Part shown: positions 1 through 10,017 of the stretch, piece by piece
Layout: each line of letters begins with the position of its first letter
How positions within the stretch are numbered: the first letter of the stretch is position 1
NCBI GenBank assembly: GCA_934167165.1
Contig: CAKPKG010000004.1
Coordinates: 1 to 60,648 of the forward strand
Length of the DNA stretch: 60,648 bases
Source of the DNA: an uncultured Clostridia bacterium
GTDB lineage: Bacteria > Bacillota > Clostridia > TANB77 > CAG-508
Direction: 5' to 3'
Notes under the pieces: generated by a model
Databases searched by the model: none
What the model was told of the DNA's origin: nothing
Seen by the model: the letters and a program-made list of their open reading frames with translations, nothing else
Position numbers and translations under genes: made by a program

Positions 1-13
1 TTTGCTTTTGGTT

Positions 14-358
14 AAAGTAAATCTATAAGCCGGGTTCTGTCTTGAACAGTCATTTATCTAGAATATATATTGCTATATATTTCAAGCCACCAGTTTAAGA
101 AGATGGCGAGCAGCCTTAGCCTTCTTATATTTAGGTGTTGCTCCAGATGGGGTTTACATTGACCAAATATGTCACCATATTCGCGGTAAGCTCTTACCTC
201 ACCTTTTCACCCTTACCACATATGTGGCGGTTATTTTCTGTTGCACTTTCCTTAAGGTTTCCCTCACTGGACGTTATCCAGCATCATTGCTCTATGGAGC
301 CCGGACTTTCCTCATGTAGGGCCTTGCGACATCTACACGCGACTGTTCAATTTACTCT
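14..358 (-). ncRNA. rnpB: RNase P RNA
   Basis: rc of 288-313 = GAGGAAAGTCCGGGCTCCATAGAGCA (universal P4 5' strand). rc of 26-40 = ACAGAACCCGGCTTA (P4 3' strand). Terminal pairings AGTAAAT/ATTTACT (P1) and GAACAGTC/GACTGTTC (P2). Locally GC-richer than its surroundings. Ends approximate. Confidence 0.85.
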
Positions 359-397
359 ATTTTATATTTTAACCTTTTTTGTTTATAAAGTCAATAT

Positions 398-1297
398 TTA
401 CAATGTGTTTATGCTTTCTAACAAATTTTTATATTTCATATAAAATACTTCTTTATCCTGCAAATCTAGCGAATTTTGCAATTCTTTTATTAATACATAT
501 GTTTTGTTTATTTTGTATTCATTCTTTTTTGCAAATTCTATATCATTTACCACATTTTTAAATGTTTTTTCACATTCTGTCATATTTCTTTGTATTTCAT
601 TCCAATTACCTTGTTGAACAAAGGAATATGCATTTATTAAAAATGACTTAGCTTGTTTTATATTTTGTACATTATTTTCTGCTGATATTGCTTTTTCATA
701 GGTTGGTATATATGAATATAGTTTTGCTACATTGGTTAATGAATCTTCTTTATTTTCATTTTTTATACTTATAATTGCATTATCCAAAGCGCTACTAAAT
801 GCAATTACATCATCATTATTAACATTTAAGCTATACAAATCTAATAATATTACACTCCAAGACTCATTAAGATTTTCTATTTCATATTTAATTCTTTCCC
901 AATCAACATTATTTGAATTAGATGTTAGTGTTGAGTTAGGTTCCATTTTTGTTGTATCTATATTGTTTTCTTTTTGAGAATTTTTACTACTTTGCGACTG
1001 ACTAGAACTTTCCTGCCCTTCTTGCTGTTGTGATGATTCTTGTTCTCCTTCTGTACTTCCAGTTGATAATTTTTTTGATTTTTCTTCTACTTCTACCATT
1101 TCAGAAGTAATTTTATAATTTTCTAAACTTATGTTGTTTAAGTCATTTATTATACTAATTATATGAGTATCTAAATAGTTTAATTCTTCTTCTACTTTTT
1201 CTTTTAGATCTTTTTTGTCGTCTGTTTTTGAACATCCTGTAATTGCTAAAATGCATATTACTATAAGAATAGCTAAAAAAATTTTTATTTTTTTCAC
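398..1297 (-). CDS. lipoprotein of unknown function (S/Q/E-rich linker)
   Basis: ORF 398..1324. Lipobox LAITGC follows a hydrophobic N-terminus. Probable GTG start at 1297 after GGTGA. Confidence 0.55.
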   Translation of the reverse strand: MKKIKIFLAILIVICILAITGCSKTDDKKDLKEKVEEELNYLDTHIISIINDLNNISLENYKITSEMVEVEEKSKKLSTGSTEGEQESSQQQEGQESSSQSQSSKNSQKENNIDTTKMEPNSTLTSNSNNVDWERIKYEIENLNESWSVILLDLYSLNVNNDDVIAFSSALDNAIISIKNENKEDSLTNVAKLYSYIPTYEKAISAENNVQNIKQAKSFLINAYSFVQQGNWNEIQRNMTECEKTFKNVVNDIEFAKKNEYKINKTYVLIKELQNSLDLQDKEVFYMKYKNLLESINTL

Positions 1298-1396
1298 ATA
1301 TATCACCAAGCATATTATTTCCAATATTTTTGTGATTATTCTTTTAGTAGTTTGGTAAAACTAATTTTAGTATAAAATTTTAAGGGAGTTTTTAAT

Positions 1397-1675
1397 TTGA
1401 ATACAGTTGTTAGTTTATATAGTGAAAATAAAAAAGAAATTTCTAAATTTTTAAAGAGTTTTAATAATACTAAAATTGATAATGATATTTTAGAATGGAA
1501 AAAGGAGTTTGAAAATCCTATAGAGATTGCTGATATTATTGGTGTTTTTATTGATAACAATGAAAATTTTAAAATAAATATGTGGGTTAGCCTTGATACA
1601 GGTTTCTTTTTAAATGTTACAGAACATAATGCAGACCAAATAATAAGATACCTTTATGAAAGGTATCCTTATTAA
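1397..1675 (+). CDS. hypothetical protein (92 aa)
   Basis: TTG start preceded by AAGGGAG. No motif recognised. Confidence 0.4.
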   Translation: MNTVVSLYSENKKEISKFLKSFNNTKIDNDILEWKKEFENPIEIADIIGVFIDNNENFKINMWVSLDTGFFLNVTEHNADQIIRYLYERYPY

Positions 1676-1680
1676 TTGTT

Positions 1681-2148
1681 TTATTCTTTATTATCATTTT
1701 TCTCTTCTAATTTTTCTTTTACAATTTCAGCTTCTTCTTCCTTTTCTGGCTTAATTTCTGTTTCTTCTAATTTTTCTTCTGCAATTTCTAGTATTGTTTT
1801 TTCTTCTGTTTGCTTTTCTCCACATTTAGGGCAAAATTGGTCTTCTATGTTTATTTCTGCATAACACTTTGGACACATTCTTTTTTTATTTAATCTTAAT
1901 ATTTCTTTTTTTGCTTCTTCTATTTCTTTACATAGCTCGTCTAATTTAGAACATTCTTCTAAAATTTCTTCTTTAATAACTATGTTCTCTTCTCTTACAT
2001 GTTTTTCATATACTTTTTTTCCTATCTCTTGGTATATGTCGCTTATTTTTCCTTTGTTTTCGCTTATTTTCATTTTTAATTTTGTTTCTTTTGCTATTTT
2101 GTTTGTTGTTTGTGTAGTCTTTTTACCTATATCATTAAAGAATCCCAT
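1681..2148 (-). CDS. zinc-ribbon domain protein
   Basis: CPKC...CPKC pair. K/E-rich coiled-coil-like remainder. Confidence 0.55.
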   Translation of the reverse strand: MGFFNDIGKKTTQTTNKIAKETKLKMKISENKGKISDIYQEIGKKVYEKHVREENIVIKEEILEECSKLDELCKEIEEAKKEILRLNKKRMCPKCYAEINIEDQFCPKCGEKQTEEKTILEIAEEKLEETEIKPEKEEEAEIVKEKLEEKNDNKE

Positions 2149-2210
2149 TTTATTCCTCCTTAATTTTATATCTTATATTAAATATTTTTACCACATTTAC
2201 ATATAATATT

Positions 2211-3198
2211 CTAGTCTTCTTGTTTAGCTTCTCTAGTCATCAAATTTGTAACTGCTTGTTGAGGTTTTAAGTTGTTAAATAGTATATCATAAACGCTCTC
2301 TACTATTGGCATTTCTACATTATATTTTCTAGAAAGTTGGTATGCTGTTTGTATATTATCTATTGCTTCTATTGTCATTCCTATTTTTTGTTTTGCTTCT
2401 TCTACTGTTCCATTCTCTCCAATTATTATTCCAGCTTTTCTATTTCTACTATGTTCACTCAAACATGTTACAATCAAGTCTCCGCAAACCTGTTAGTCCA
2501 TATATTGTTTGCGTTTTTCCTCCCATTTTTGTATTTAATTTTGACATTTCGGATAGTCCTCTTGTTAGAAGTGCTGCAAATGTATTATCTCCTAGTTTTT
2601 GTCCAATAGCAATTCCTGCACAAAAAGCAAGGATATTTTTCAATGCGCCTCCTAATTCTGCACCTTTTACATCATCAGATGTATATATTCTTAAAACTTC
2701 ATTCATAAATGTTTCTTGAACATCTTTTAATAAATCTTCATGTTTTGAAGCTATTACCAATGCTGTTGGTATTCCCATTGACACTTCTTCTGCATGGCTT
2801 GGTCCTGAAAGTCCACCGATTTTAGAATTTGGTAGTTCCTCTTCTACCACTTCATTTAATGTGTATAGTGTTTCTTTTTCAAATCCTTTTGAACATATTA
2901 TTATTTCTTGATTTGTTACATATTTTTTAAATTTTTTTATTGTTTCTCTTACTGCTTTAGATGGCGTTACTATTAAAATCATTTCTGAACCATCTATTGT
3001 TTTTTCTAAATCTGTTGTACAAATTATATTACTTGGTATGTATGCTTGTGGCAAGAACTTGCATTTTCTTGCATTATTTATTAAGTCTGCTTCTTCTTGT
3101 AAATATGCCCACATTTTTATATTATTACCCATTTTTGCTAAATGTATTGCTAGGGCTGTTCCCCAACTTCCACTACCTATTATTGCTATATTTTTCAT
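2211..3198 (-). CDS. gpsA: NAD(P)H-dependent glycerol-3-phosphate dehydrogenase; needs a +1 shift at CGGA (plus-strand TCCG 2481-2484)
   Basis: N-terminal ORF 2455..3198 (IIGSGSWGTALA Rossmann motif) and C-terminal ORF 2211..2477 (LIVTCLSEHSRNRKAG). Skipping one C rejoins them as YGLTGL-G-DLIVTC. Total 988 nt = 3n+1. Confidence 0.85.
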
Positions 3199-3247
3199 TT
3201 GTTTGCTCCTTTAATTTTAGGGAAAAAGGGGCCTGTCCCCTTTTCCC

Positions 3248-3865
3248 CTATTTTTTTAGACTTATCTTGTTTTCTGTTCCATCTTTTATTCTTTTTAAAT
3301 TTTCCCTATGGTTAAATATTACCAATAATGCTATTAGTATACTAATTAATACTGGTAAGAATTTAACATCTCCCATAAATATTGTAAGAATTGGATATAG
3401 TACTGCTGCAAGTAATGAACCTACTGATACCATTTTTGTAAATGCAATTATTATAACAGCAAATATTAAACATATTAATCCTATTTTCCAGTTTAATGTT
3501 ATTAATACTCCAAGCGCTGTTGCAACTCCTTTTCCCCCTCTAAACTCAAAGAATATTGGAAATGTATGTCCTAATATTGCAAAAAATCCTGCAATATATT
3601 CTAGTAAAGTTCCATCAACATCTTTCCAAATTCTAGTTGCCAGTATAGCTACAACTATTGCTAAAACGCCTTTTAACACATCACATATCAATGTTAATGC
3701 AGCAGCTTTTTTTCCTACTGCTCTTAAAACATTTGTTGTTCCTGCATTTTTACTTCCTTTTTCTCTAACATCAAATCCTGCAAATTTTCTACTAAAAATT
3801 ACTGAAAAACTTATACTTCCTAAAAAATATGCGACTATTGCAACTCCTATATATACTCCCATCAT
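3248..3865 (-). CDS. plsY: glycerol-3-phosphate acyltransferase PlsY
   Basis: Multi-TM 205 aa protein with SKNAGTTNVLR and FRGGKGVAT motifs. Conserved der-plsY-gpsA neighbourhood. Confidence 0.85.
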   Translation of the reverse strand: MMGVYIGVAIVAYFLGSISFSVIFSRKFAGFDVREKGSKNAGTTNVLRAVGKKAAALTLICDVLKGVLAIVVAILATRIWKDVDGTLLEYIAGFFAILGHTFPIFFEFRGGKGVATALGVLITLNWKIGLICLIFAVIIIAFTKMVSVGSLLAAVLYPILTIFMGDVKFLPVLISILIALLVIFNHRENLKRIKDGTENKISLKK

Positions 3866-3890
3866 TTTTTATCTCCTCCTCTGTTTATTT

Positions 3891-5219
3891 TTATTCTTCT
3901 TTTTCACCTTTTTCTCTTGTAATTACTCTTATTGGTGTTCCTGTTATTCCAAAATTTGTTCTTATTTGATTTACCAAATATCTTTCATATGAAAAATGGA
4001 ATAATTTTTTACTATTTACAAATATTACAAATGTTGGTGGTTTTGTGCTTGCTTGTGTTGCATAAAGTATTTTTAATCTTCTTCCTTTATCTGTTGGTGG
4101 TTGTACTACTGCTATTGCTTCATTTATAACTTGATTTAACATTGATGTAGAAACTCTTATGGCATTATTTTTTGCCACTGTATTTATCATGTCAAATATT
4201 TTATCTACTCTTTGACCTGTTTTTGCAGATATAAATATTATTGGTGCATATGATAAATAGCTTAATTTGTTATATACTTCTTTTGTATATTTTTCTAAAG
4301 TTCCTGTTGTTTTTTCTACTTCGTCCCATTTATTTACTACTATTATAATTCCTTTACCTGCTTCATGTGCTTCTCCTGCAATCTTAGCATCTTGCTCTGT
4401 TACGCCTTCATTTGCGTCTATAAGTAGTAAACAAATATCTGCTCTTTCAATTGCTAAAAGTGATCTCATTATACTAAATTTTTCTATTGATTCTGTTGTT
4501 TTACTTTTTCTTCTAATTCCTGCTGTATCTATAAAATTATACTTTCCGTGTTTATTTTCAAAATATGAATCTATTGCATCACGTGTTGTTCCTGCTATGT
4601 TACTTACTATTACTCTGTTTTCTCCTAAAATTTTATTTATTAAAGATGATTTTCCTACATTTGGTTTTCCTATTACCGCAACATTTATTGTTTCATCTTC
4701 ATCTTCATTTTCTTCTTTTTCTGGGAAATGTTCATATATAGCATCTAACACATCTCCTATACCAAGTGCATTTGCAGAAGACACTGGATATGGTTCGCCT
4801 ATTCCTAAATTATAAAATTCATATATATCATTACTTGTTTCTCCTACATTGTCAGACTTATTGCAAACTAAAACTATTGGTTTTTTTGATTTTTTTAGCA
4901 TAAGAGCTATTTCTTGATCTGCAGCTGTTACTCCTTGTCTTATATCAGTTAAAAATATAATAACATCTGCTATGCTTATTGCTATATCTGCTTGTTCTTT
5001 CATTTGAGATAAAATTATATCATTAGATTTTGGTTCAATTCCACCTGTATCTATTAATGTAAAGTTTCTTCCTCTCCAATTTGCTTCTCCATAAACTCTA
5101 TCTCTTGTTACTCCTGGAATATCCTCTACTATTGAAATTCTTTTTCCTATTATATAATTAAAAAATGTTGATTTTCCTACATTTGGTTTTCCTATTATTG
5201 CAACTATTGGTTTCGCCAT
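3891..5219 (-). CDS. der: ribosome-associated GTPase Der/EngA
   Basis: Two GTPase domains (GKPNVGKST and GKPNVGKSS P-loops). ATG at 5219 follows AAGGGTGA. Confidence 0.9.
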   Translation of the reverse strand: MAKPIVAIIGKPNVGKSTFFNYIIGKRISIVEDIPGVTRDRVYGEANWRGRNFTLIDTGGIEPKSNDIILSQMKEQADIAISIADVIIFLTDIRQGVTAADQEIALMLKKSKKPIVLVCNKSDNVGETSNDIYEFYNLGIGEPYPVSSANALGIGDVLDAIYEHFPEKEENEDEDETINVAVIGKPNVGKSSLINKILGENRVIVSNIAGTTRDAIDSYFENKHGKYNFIDTAGIRRKSKTTESIEKFSIMRSLLAIERADICLLLIDANEGVTEQDAKIAGEAHEAGKGIIIVVNKWDEVEKTTGTLEKYTKEVYNKLSYLSYAPIIFISAKTGQRVDKIFDMINTVAKNNAIRVSTSMLNQVINEAIAVVQPPTDKGRRLKILYATQASTKPPTFVIFVNSKKLFHFSYERYLVNQIRTNFGITGTPIRVITREKGEKEE

Positions 5220-5331
5220 GTTTTTCACCCTTTTCTTTCGCCTAATATTTTATATCATATGCCTTATTTAGTCAAGATTCATTATTTTTCGAAGCATATT
5301 TGTACTTCTATATTTATTTTGCAATAAAGTT

Positions 5332-5357
5332 CAAAAAAAAATGCCTTGTTTAGGCAT
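5332..5357 (-). terminator. rho-independent terminator after rpmF
   Basis: Hairpin ATGCCT-TGTTT-AGGCAT overlapping the rpmF stop. Flanked by a 9-nt A run on the plus strand, which is a U run in the minus sense. Confidence 0.7.
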
Positions 5358-5532
5358 CTTTTTTTACTATTACTTCTTTTCCATCATAATATCCACAATT
5401 GTCGCAAACTCTGTGTGGTAATACTGGCTCTCCACAATGTTTACATGTTGCAATATTTGGTGTTTCTAATTTCCATGTTGATCTTTTTGTATGTGTTCTT
5501 TGTTTTGACCATCTTCTTTTTGGTTGTGCCAT
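5350..5532 (-). CDS. rpmF: 50S ribosomal protein L32 (Cys4 form)
   Basis: MAQPKRRWSKQR start and CKHCG...CDNCG. Confidence 0.9.
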   Translation of the reverse strand: MAQPKRRWSKQRTHTKRSTWKLETPNIATCKHCGEPVLPHRVCDNCGYYDGKEVIVKKDA

Positions 5533-5602
5533 TTTTATTCCCTCCCTCGTAAATGCTTTATCTATCTATGTTTTACATATTATCCTTTAAAGTCACTATA
5601 AG

Positions 5603-5631
5603 ATTATACTAATTTTTCTTTGCCTTGTCAA
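5603..5631 (-). promoter_or_regulatory. sigma-A type promoter for rpmF
   Basis: Minus sense TTGACA (5626-5631), 17 nt spacer, TATAAT (5603-5608). Confidence 0.65.
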
Positions 5632-5641
5632 GGCTTTTGGT

Positions 5642-7084
5642 TTATTTTTTTAATTCTTCTAAGAACATTTTATTTAAAAGTTGAGGGTTTGCTTTTCCTT
5701 TTGTTTGTTTCATTGCTTGTCCTACTAAAAATCCCAATGCTCTATCTTTTCCTGCTTTGAAGTCTGCTATTGATTGTGGATTTGCTTCTAATATGTTCAT
5801 AACTACTTCTTTGATTGCGCCTTCATCTGATATTTGTATCCAGCCTTTTTCTTTTATAATTTCTTCTGGATCTCTTGGATTTTCAAATAGTTCTGCTACT
5901 ACTTTTTTACCAATACTAGAACTAATTGTTCCTTTGTCTATTAATATTACAACTTTTGCAAGTTCTTCTGCTGTGAATGGAATCTCATTTGGCTCTAGCT
6001 CTTTTTCATTTAGTATTCCCGTTATATCTGAAATAATCCAATTGCTAACTGCTTTATAGTTGTTACAAATACTTGATGCCTTTTCAAATAAATCTGATAA
6101 ATATTTTGAGTTTACTATTATTCCAGCATCTTTTGGTGTCATTTTATATTCTTCTACATATCTATTAAGTCTAGATTCTGGTAGTTCTGGCAAACTGTTT
6201 TTTACGTTTTCTATATATTCATCTGAAAGTTTTATTGCTACTAAATCTGGTTCTGGAAAATATCTATAATCTTGTGCATCTTCCTTATCTCTCATTGAAA
6301 AAGTTCTCCCAGATACATCATCCCATCTTAATGTTTCTTGTAATACCTTTTCTCCTGCTTCTAATAAATCTATTTGTCTTTCTATTTCGTACTCAATTCC
6401 TCTTGTAATACTTCTAAATGAACTCATATTTTTCATTTCTGAACGTGTTCCTAATTTAGTATCAGTTTTCTTTTTTACAGATACGTTAACATCTGCTCTA
6501 AAAGAGCCTTCTTGCATTTTGCAATCTGATACTTCTATATATTCTAGTATTGATTTTAGCTTCTTCAAATATCTATCTGCTTCTTCTGCGCTACTCATAT
6601 CTGGCATAGAAACGATTTCTATTAATGGGACTCCTGCTCTATTTAAGTCAACTAAACTGTCTCCACCAAATTCATTATGATTTAGTTTTCCTGCGTCTTC
6701 CTCTATATGAATTCTTAAAATTCCAATTTTCTTTTTGTTTCCGTTTTCATCATCAATTTCTACATATCCATGATTACATAATGGTTTATCAAATTGTGAA
6801 ATTTGATATGACTTTGGTAAGTCAGGATAGTAGTAATTTTTTCTATCATTTTTGCTGTCTTTTGAAATTTCGCAATTTGTTGCAAGTCCTGCTTTTACTG
6901 CATATTCTACAACTTTCTCATTTAATACTGGTAATGTTCCTGGCATTGCCATACATATTGGACACACATGAGTGTTTGGTTCTGCCCCAAATGTAGTTGG
7001 ACATGAACAAAATATTTTTGTTTTTGTTGAAAGCTCTGCATGAACTTCCAAACCTATTACTGCTTCATAATCTTCTCTTGTCAT
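5642..7084 (-). CDS. gatB: Asp/Glu-tRNA amidotransferase subunit B
   Basis: 480 aa with GLEVHAEL and DLNRAGVPLIEIV motifs. ATGA overlap with gatA. Confidence 0.92.
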   Translation of the reverse strand: MTREDYEAVIGLEVHAELSTKTKIFCSCPTTFGAEPNTHVCPICMAMPGTLPVLNEKVVEYAVKAGLATNCEISKDSKNDRKNYYYPDLPKSYQISQFDKPLCNHGYVEIDDENGNKKKIGILRIHIEEDAGKLNHNEFGGDSLVDLNRAGVPLIEIVSMPDMSSAEEADRYLKKLKSILEYIEVSDCKMQEGSFRADVNVSVKKKTDTKLGTRSEMKNMSSFRSITRGIEYEIERQIDLLEAGEKVLQETLRWDDVSGRTFSMRDKEDAQDYRYFPEPDLVAIKLSDEYIENVKNSLPELPESRLNRYVEEYKMTPKDAGIIVNSKYLSDLFEKASSICNNYKAVSNWIISDITGILNEKELEPNEIPFTAEELAKVVILIDKGTISSSIGKKVVAELFENPRDPEEIIKEKGWIQISDEGAIKEVVMNILEANPQSIADFKAGKDRALGFLVGQAMKQTKGKANPQLLNKMFLEELKK

Positions 7085-8562
7085 TATTCCATCCCTCCTT
7101 TAAATTGAGGTTTATATTTCTCTCTAAATTTATATTCTTGTTCAAAACTATATGCTGCATTTAATATAGTTTCTTCTTGGAATTTGTTTCCTATTAATTG
7201 CATCCCTATTGGCATGCCTTCACTGTCTATTCCGCAAGGAACCGAAATACCTGGTAATCCTGCTATGTTTATTGAAACTGTGCAAATATCTGCTAAATAC
7301 ATTTCTAATGGATTGTTTGATTTTTCTCCTATTCCAAAAGCCACTGTTGGTGCTGTTGGAGTAAGTATAACATCATATTTTTTAAAGCCTTTATTAAATT
7401 CATTCATTACTAATGTACGAACTTGTTGAGCTTTTTTATAATATGCATCATAATATCCAGAAGATAACACATATGTTCCAAGTATAATTCTTCTTTTTAC
7501 TTCTGCTCCAAATCCTTCACTTCTAGTCTTTTTATATAAATCTTTTAAGTCTTTAAAATCTTTTGCTCTATAAGTATATCTAATTCCATCAAATCTACCT
7601 AAATTAGAACTAGCTTCTGCACAAGCAATTATATAGTATGTTGCTAATGCATATTTTGCAATATCTAAAGAAAACTCTTCAACTTCTGCTCCCAATTCTT
7701 TATATGTTTCTATTGCTTGTTTTAGGCTTTTCTTAACTTCTTCATTTATTCCCTCTCCAAAGAACTCTTTAGGTATTCCTATTTTTAAGCCTTTTATATC
7801 TCCTGTCAATGCTTTTTCATAATCTTTTTTAGGCATATCTACAGATGTGGAATCCTTTTCGTCATGTCCTGCAATTATATTTAATAAAATAGCACTATCT
7901 CTAACATCTTTTGTTATTGGTCCTATTTGGTCAAGTGATGATGCAAATGCTACTAATCCATATCTTGAAACAAGCCCATATGTTGGCTTTAATCCAACAA
8001 CTCCACAAAAAGAAGCTGGTTGTCTAATACTTCCACCTGTATCTGAACCCAAAGCCCAAGGTACCATTTGACTAGCAACTGCTGCTGCACTTCCTCCTGA
8101 TGACCCTCCTGGAACTTTACTTAAATTCCAAGGATTTTTTGTTTTTTTAAAATATGAATTTTCTGTTGAACCACCCATAGCGAATTCATCCATATTAAGT
8201 TTTCCTATTGTAATTAAATTCTCTGCATTTATTTTGTCCATTACTGTTGCATCATATGGAGATACAAAATCTTCTAACATTTTAGAACTACATGTTGTTT
8301 TTATACCTTTTGTACAAATGTTGTCTTTTATTCCTATTGGAATTCCTGCTAACTTATTTGTAATTTCTCCTTTTTCTATTTTTTGATCTATTTCTTTAGC
8401 TTTGTTTTCTGCCTCTTCTGAAAGAACAGTAACAAAAGCTTCTACATTGTCTTCTTTTTCATTTATTCTGCTAACATAACTTTTTGTAATATCTTCTGAT
8501 GTTATTTCCTTTTTATTTAACTTATCCATTAATTCATGGACTGTTAATTCGTATAGTTCCAT
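7084..8562 (-). CDS. gatA: Asp/Glu-tRNA amidotransferase subunit A
   Basis: Amidase signature [12 protein letters not shown]...[12 protein letters not shown]. Confidence 0.92.
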   Translation of the reverse strand: MELYELTVHELMDKLNKKEITSEDITKSYVSRINEKEDNVEAFVTVLSEEAENKAKEIDQKIEKGEITNKLAGIPIGIKDNICTKGIKTTCSSKMLEDFVSPYDATVMDKINAENLITIGKLNMDEFAMGGSTENSYFKKTKNPWNLSKVPGGSSGGSAAAVASQMVPWALGSDTGGSIRQPASFCGVVGLKPTYGLVSRYGLVAFASSLDQIGPITKDVRDSAILLNIIAGHDEKDSTSVDMPKKDYEKALTGDIKGLKIGIPKEFFGEGINEEVKKSLKQAIETYKELGAEVEEFSLDIAKYALATYYIIACAEASSNLGRFDGIRYTYRAKDFKDLKDLYKKTRSEGFGAEVKRRIILGTYVLSSGYYDAYYKKAQQVRTLVMNEFNKGFKKYDVILTPTAPTVAFGIGEKSNNPLEMYLADICTVSINIAGLPGISVPCGIDSEGMPIGMQLIGNKFQEETILNAAYSFEQEYKFREKYKPQFKGGME

Positions 8563-8583
8563 ATTTTCCTCCTTTTTTAGTGT

Positions 8584-8621
8584 GGGTCGCCGAGGGCGGC
8601 GGCCCCTACATTGTTTGCAAT
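8584..8621. repeat. GC-rich intercistronic motif (family 3), copy 1
   Basis: GGGTCGCCGAGGGCGGCGGCCCCTACATTGTTTGCAAT. About 85 percent identical to 10018-10055. A partial inverted copy GGCGACCTAC lies at about 8649-8658. Confidence 0.6.
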
Positions 8622-8663
8622 TTGTTTTTCTTCTTTGTGTCGTCGATGGCGACCTACCTTACA

Positions 8664-8954
8664 TTATTGAATTACTTTTGGAATTTTAAACATATTTCTT
8701 TCTTTCTCTTTTGCATTTGCAAGTAATGCTTCATTGTCTTCAAATATTTTAACTTCGTCTTTTCTAAATACATTTTTTGCTTCATTTGTTCCTATTGTAA
8801 TATCCAAATCTTGTACTGGTGCATTGTTTACAACATCTGCAAAATTTAAAATATCTTGTAGGTTTTCTATATAGTTATCTATTTCGTTTTCATTTAGTTC
8901 TAATCTTGCTAAATTTGCAATATGCCTAATTTCTTCTTTGCTAACTTTTTTCAT
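8664..8954 (-). CDS. gatC: Asp/Glu-tRNA amidotransferase subunit C
   Basis: 96 aa, IRHIANLARLEL motif, immediately upstream of gatA-gatB. Confidence 0.85.
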   Translation of the reverse strand: MKKVSKEEIRHIANLARLELNENEIDNYIENLQDILNFADVVNNAPVQDLDITIGTNEAKNVFRKDEVKIFEDNEALLANAKEKERNMFKIPKVIQ

Positions 8955-9018
8955 AATATTACTCCTTTATACAAAAACCGCCCCCACTATTGTAGGGACA
9001 AATATATAATTCTTTTTT

Positions 9019-9047
9019 ATTTTATTATTCTTTGTAAAATTTGTCAA
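9019..9047 (-). promoter_or_regulatory. sigma-A type promoter for gatCAB
   Basis: Minus sense TTGACA (9042-9047), 17 nt spacer, TAAAAT (9019-9024). Confidence 0.55.
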
Positions 9048-9067
9048 TTCTTATACTATATTTTTGT

Positions 9068-9185
9068 AAAAAAACAAAACCGGGGCTCTTTTTATAGAGA
9101 ACCCCGGTAGGACCTGATCAATTTTTTGGTGATTACAATGAAAAGACAGAAGGGATGTTGGATCAGGTCCCCAATAAGAAATTCT
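9068..9185 (-). ncRNA. candidate small RNA or cis-leader (about 118 nt), unclassified
   Basis: Own promoter (9192-9221). 10-bp stem GGACCTGATC/GATCAGGTCC closing a loop of about 42 nt. Then a strong terminator CCGGGGTTCTCT-loop-AGAGCCCCGG plus a U run (9068-9107). Confidence 0.35.
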
Positions 9186-9191
9186 GTTGGC

Positions 9192-9221
9192 ATTATAACA
9201 CCTGTTTTATTGTTTTGTCAA
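9192..9221 (-). promoter_or_regulatory. near-consensus extended -10 promoter inside the last codons of rlmB
   Basis: Minus sense TTGACA (9216-9221), 18 nt spacer, TGtTATAAT (9192-9200). Confidence 0.55.
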
Positions 9222-9996
9222 GTTTTTTTGTTTTACTGCTTCATATATTACAATTCCTGCAGAAACTGAAGCATTTAAAGATGTTATTTTTCCTTTCATT
9301 GGAATTTTTACTAAAAAGTCACAATTTTCTTTTACAAGTCTACTCATTCCAAAGCCTTCACTACCTATTATTATTGCAAGTGCTCCTTTTAAATCTTGGT
9401 TATAGTAATATGTTTTTGCATCTCCGTCTGTTCCGCAAATCCATACTCCTTGTTCTTTTAAGTATTTTATTGTTTCATTAATATTATTTACTCTTGCAAT
9501 TTTTACATGTTCTACTGCTCCTGCTGATGATTTTGATACAGTTGCATTTACTCCGAACAGCTCTTCTTTTTGGTATTATAACTCCATGTACTCCTGCTGT
9601 TTCTGCTGTTCTTATTATTGATCCTAAATTATGTGGATCTTCTATTCCATCTAAAATTAATATAAATGGGTCTTCATTTTTTGATTTTGCCTCTTCTAAT
9701 ATGTCTTCTACTTCGCAATAATTAAATGGAGGTACTATTGCAATTACTCCTTGATGATTTTCTGTTTCAGAAATTGTATTTAGCTTTTGTTTTTCCACTT
9801 CTACAATAACTATTTTTCTTTCCTTTGCTTTTGCTATTATTTTATTTATAGAACCGTGTCTTTCTCCTCTTGCAATAAATATTTTATTTATATCTCTATT
9901 GGATTCTAATAATTCTAGTACGGAATTTCGTCCTTCTATTTGGTCAGATACGCTTTGTTTATCTTTATTGTTCATTCTTAACTCTTCTTTTTTCAT
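9207..9996 (-). CDS. rlmB: 23S rRNA (Gm2251-type) 2'-O-methyltransferase, TrmH/SpoU family; needs a +1 shift at CGGA (plus-strand TCCG 9552-9555)
   Basis: ORF 9484..10089 carries DPHNLGSIIRTAETAGVHGVIIPKRRAV. Skipping one C continues as GVNATVSKSSAGAVEHVKIARVNN...SLNASVSAGIVIYE down to the stop at 9207. 790 nt = 3n+1. ATG at 9996 follows AGGAGAG. Confidence 0.85.
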
Positions 9997-10017
9997 TTTT
10001 AATCTCTCCTGTTCTTT

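Noticed and set aside
135-561. Track ORFs 135..443 and 379..561.
   Set aside because: They overlap the RNase P RNA gene and the lipoprotein 3' end and have no coding signal.
2211-3198. gpsA, rlmB (9207..9996) and stp (20542..21271) as ordinary pseudogenes.
   Set aside because: Each carries a single lesion and no other degradation. All lesions are the same four-base string at a Gly position. Independent decay would not converge this way.
2961-3992. Long antisense track ORFs: 2961..3992 (343 aa), 36663..37424 (253 aa), 4267..4815, 23571..24170, 35260..35751 and many shorter ones.
   Set aside because: They lie opposite strongly conserved genes. They have low-complexity L/F/S-rich translations typical of the reverse strand of AT-rich coding DNA, and they lack SD sequences.
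9068-9185. The 118-nt unit as SRP (4.5S) RNA or as a T-box leader of gatCAB.
   Set aside because: It lacks the SRP domain IV motifs (GGAA tetraloop, AGCA loops). It also lacks T-box landmarks (AGAGA/GNUGGNA boxes and the conserved T-box sequence).
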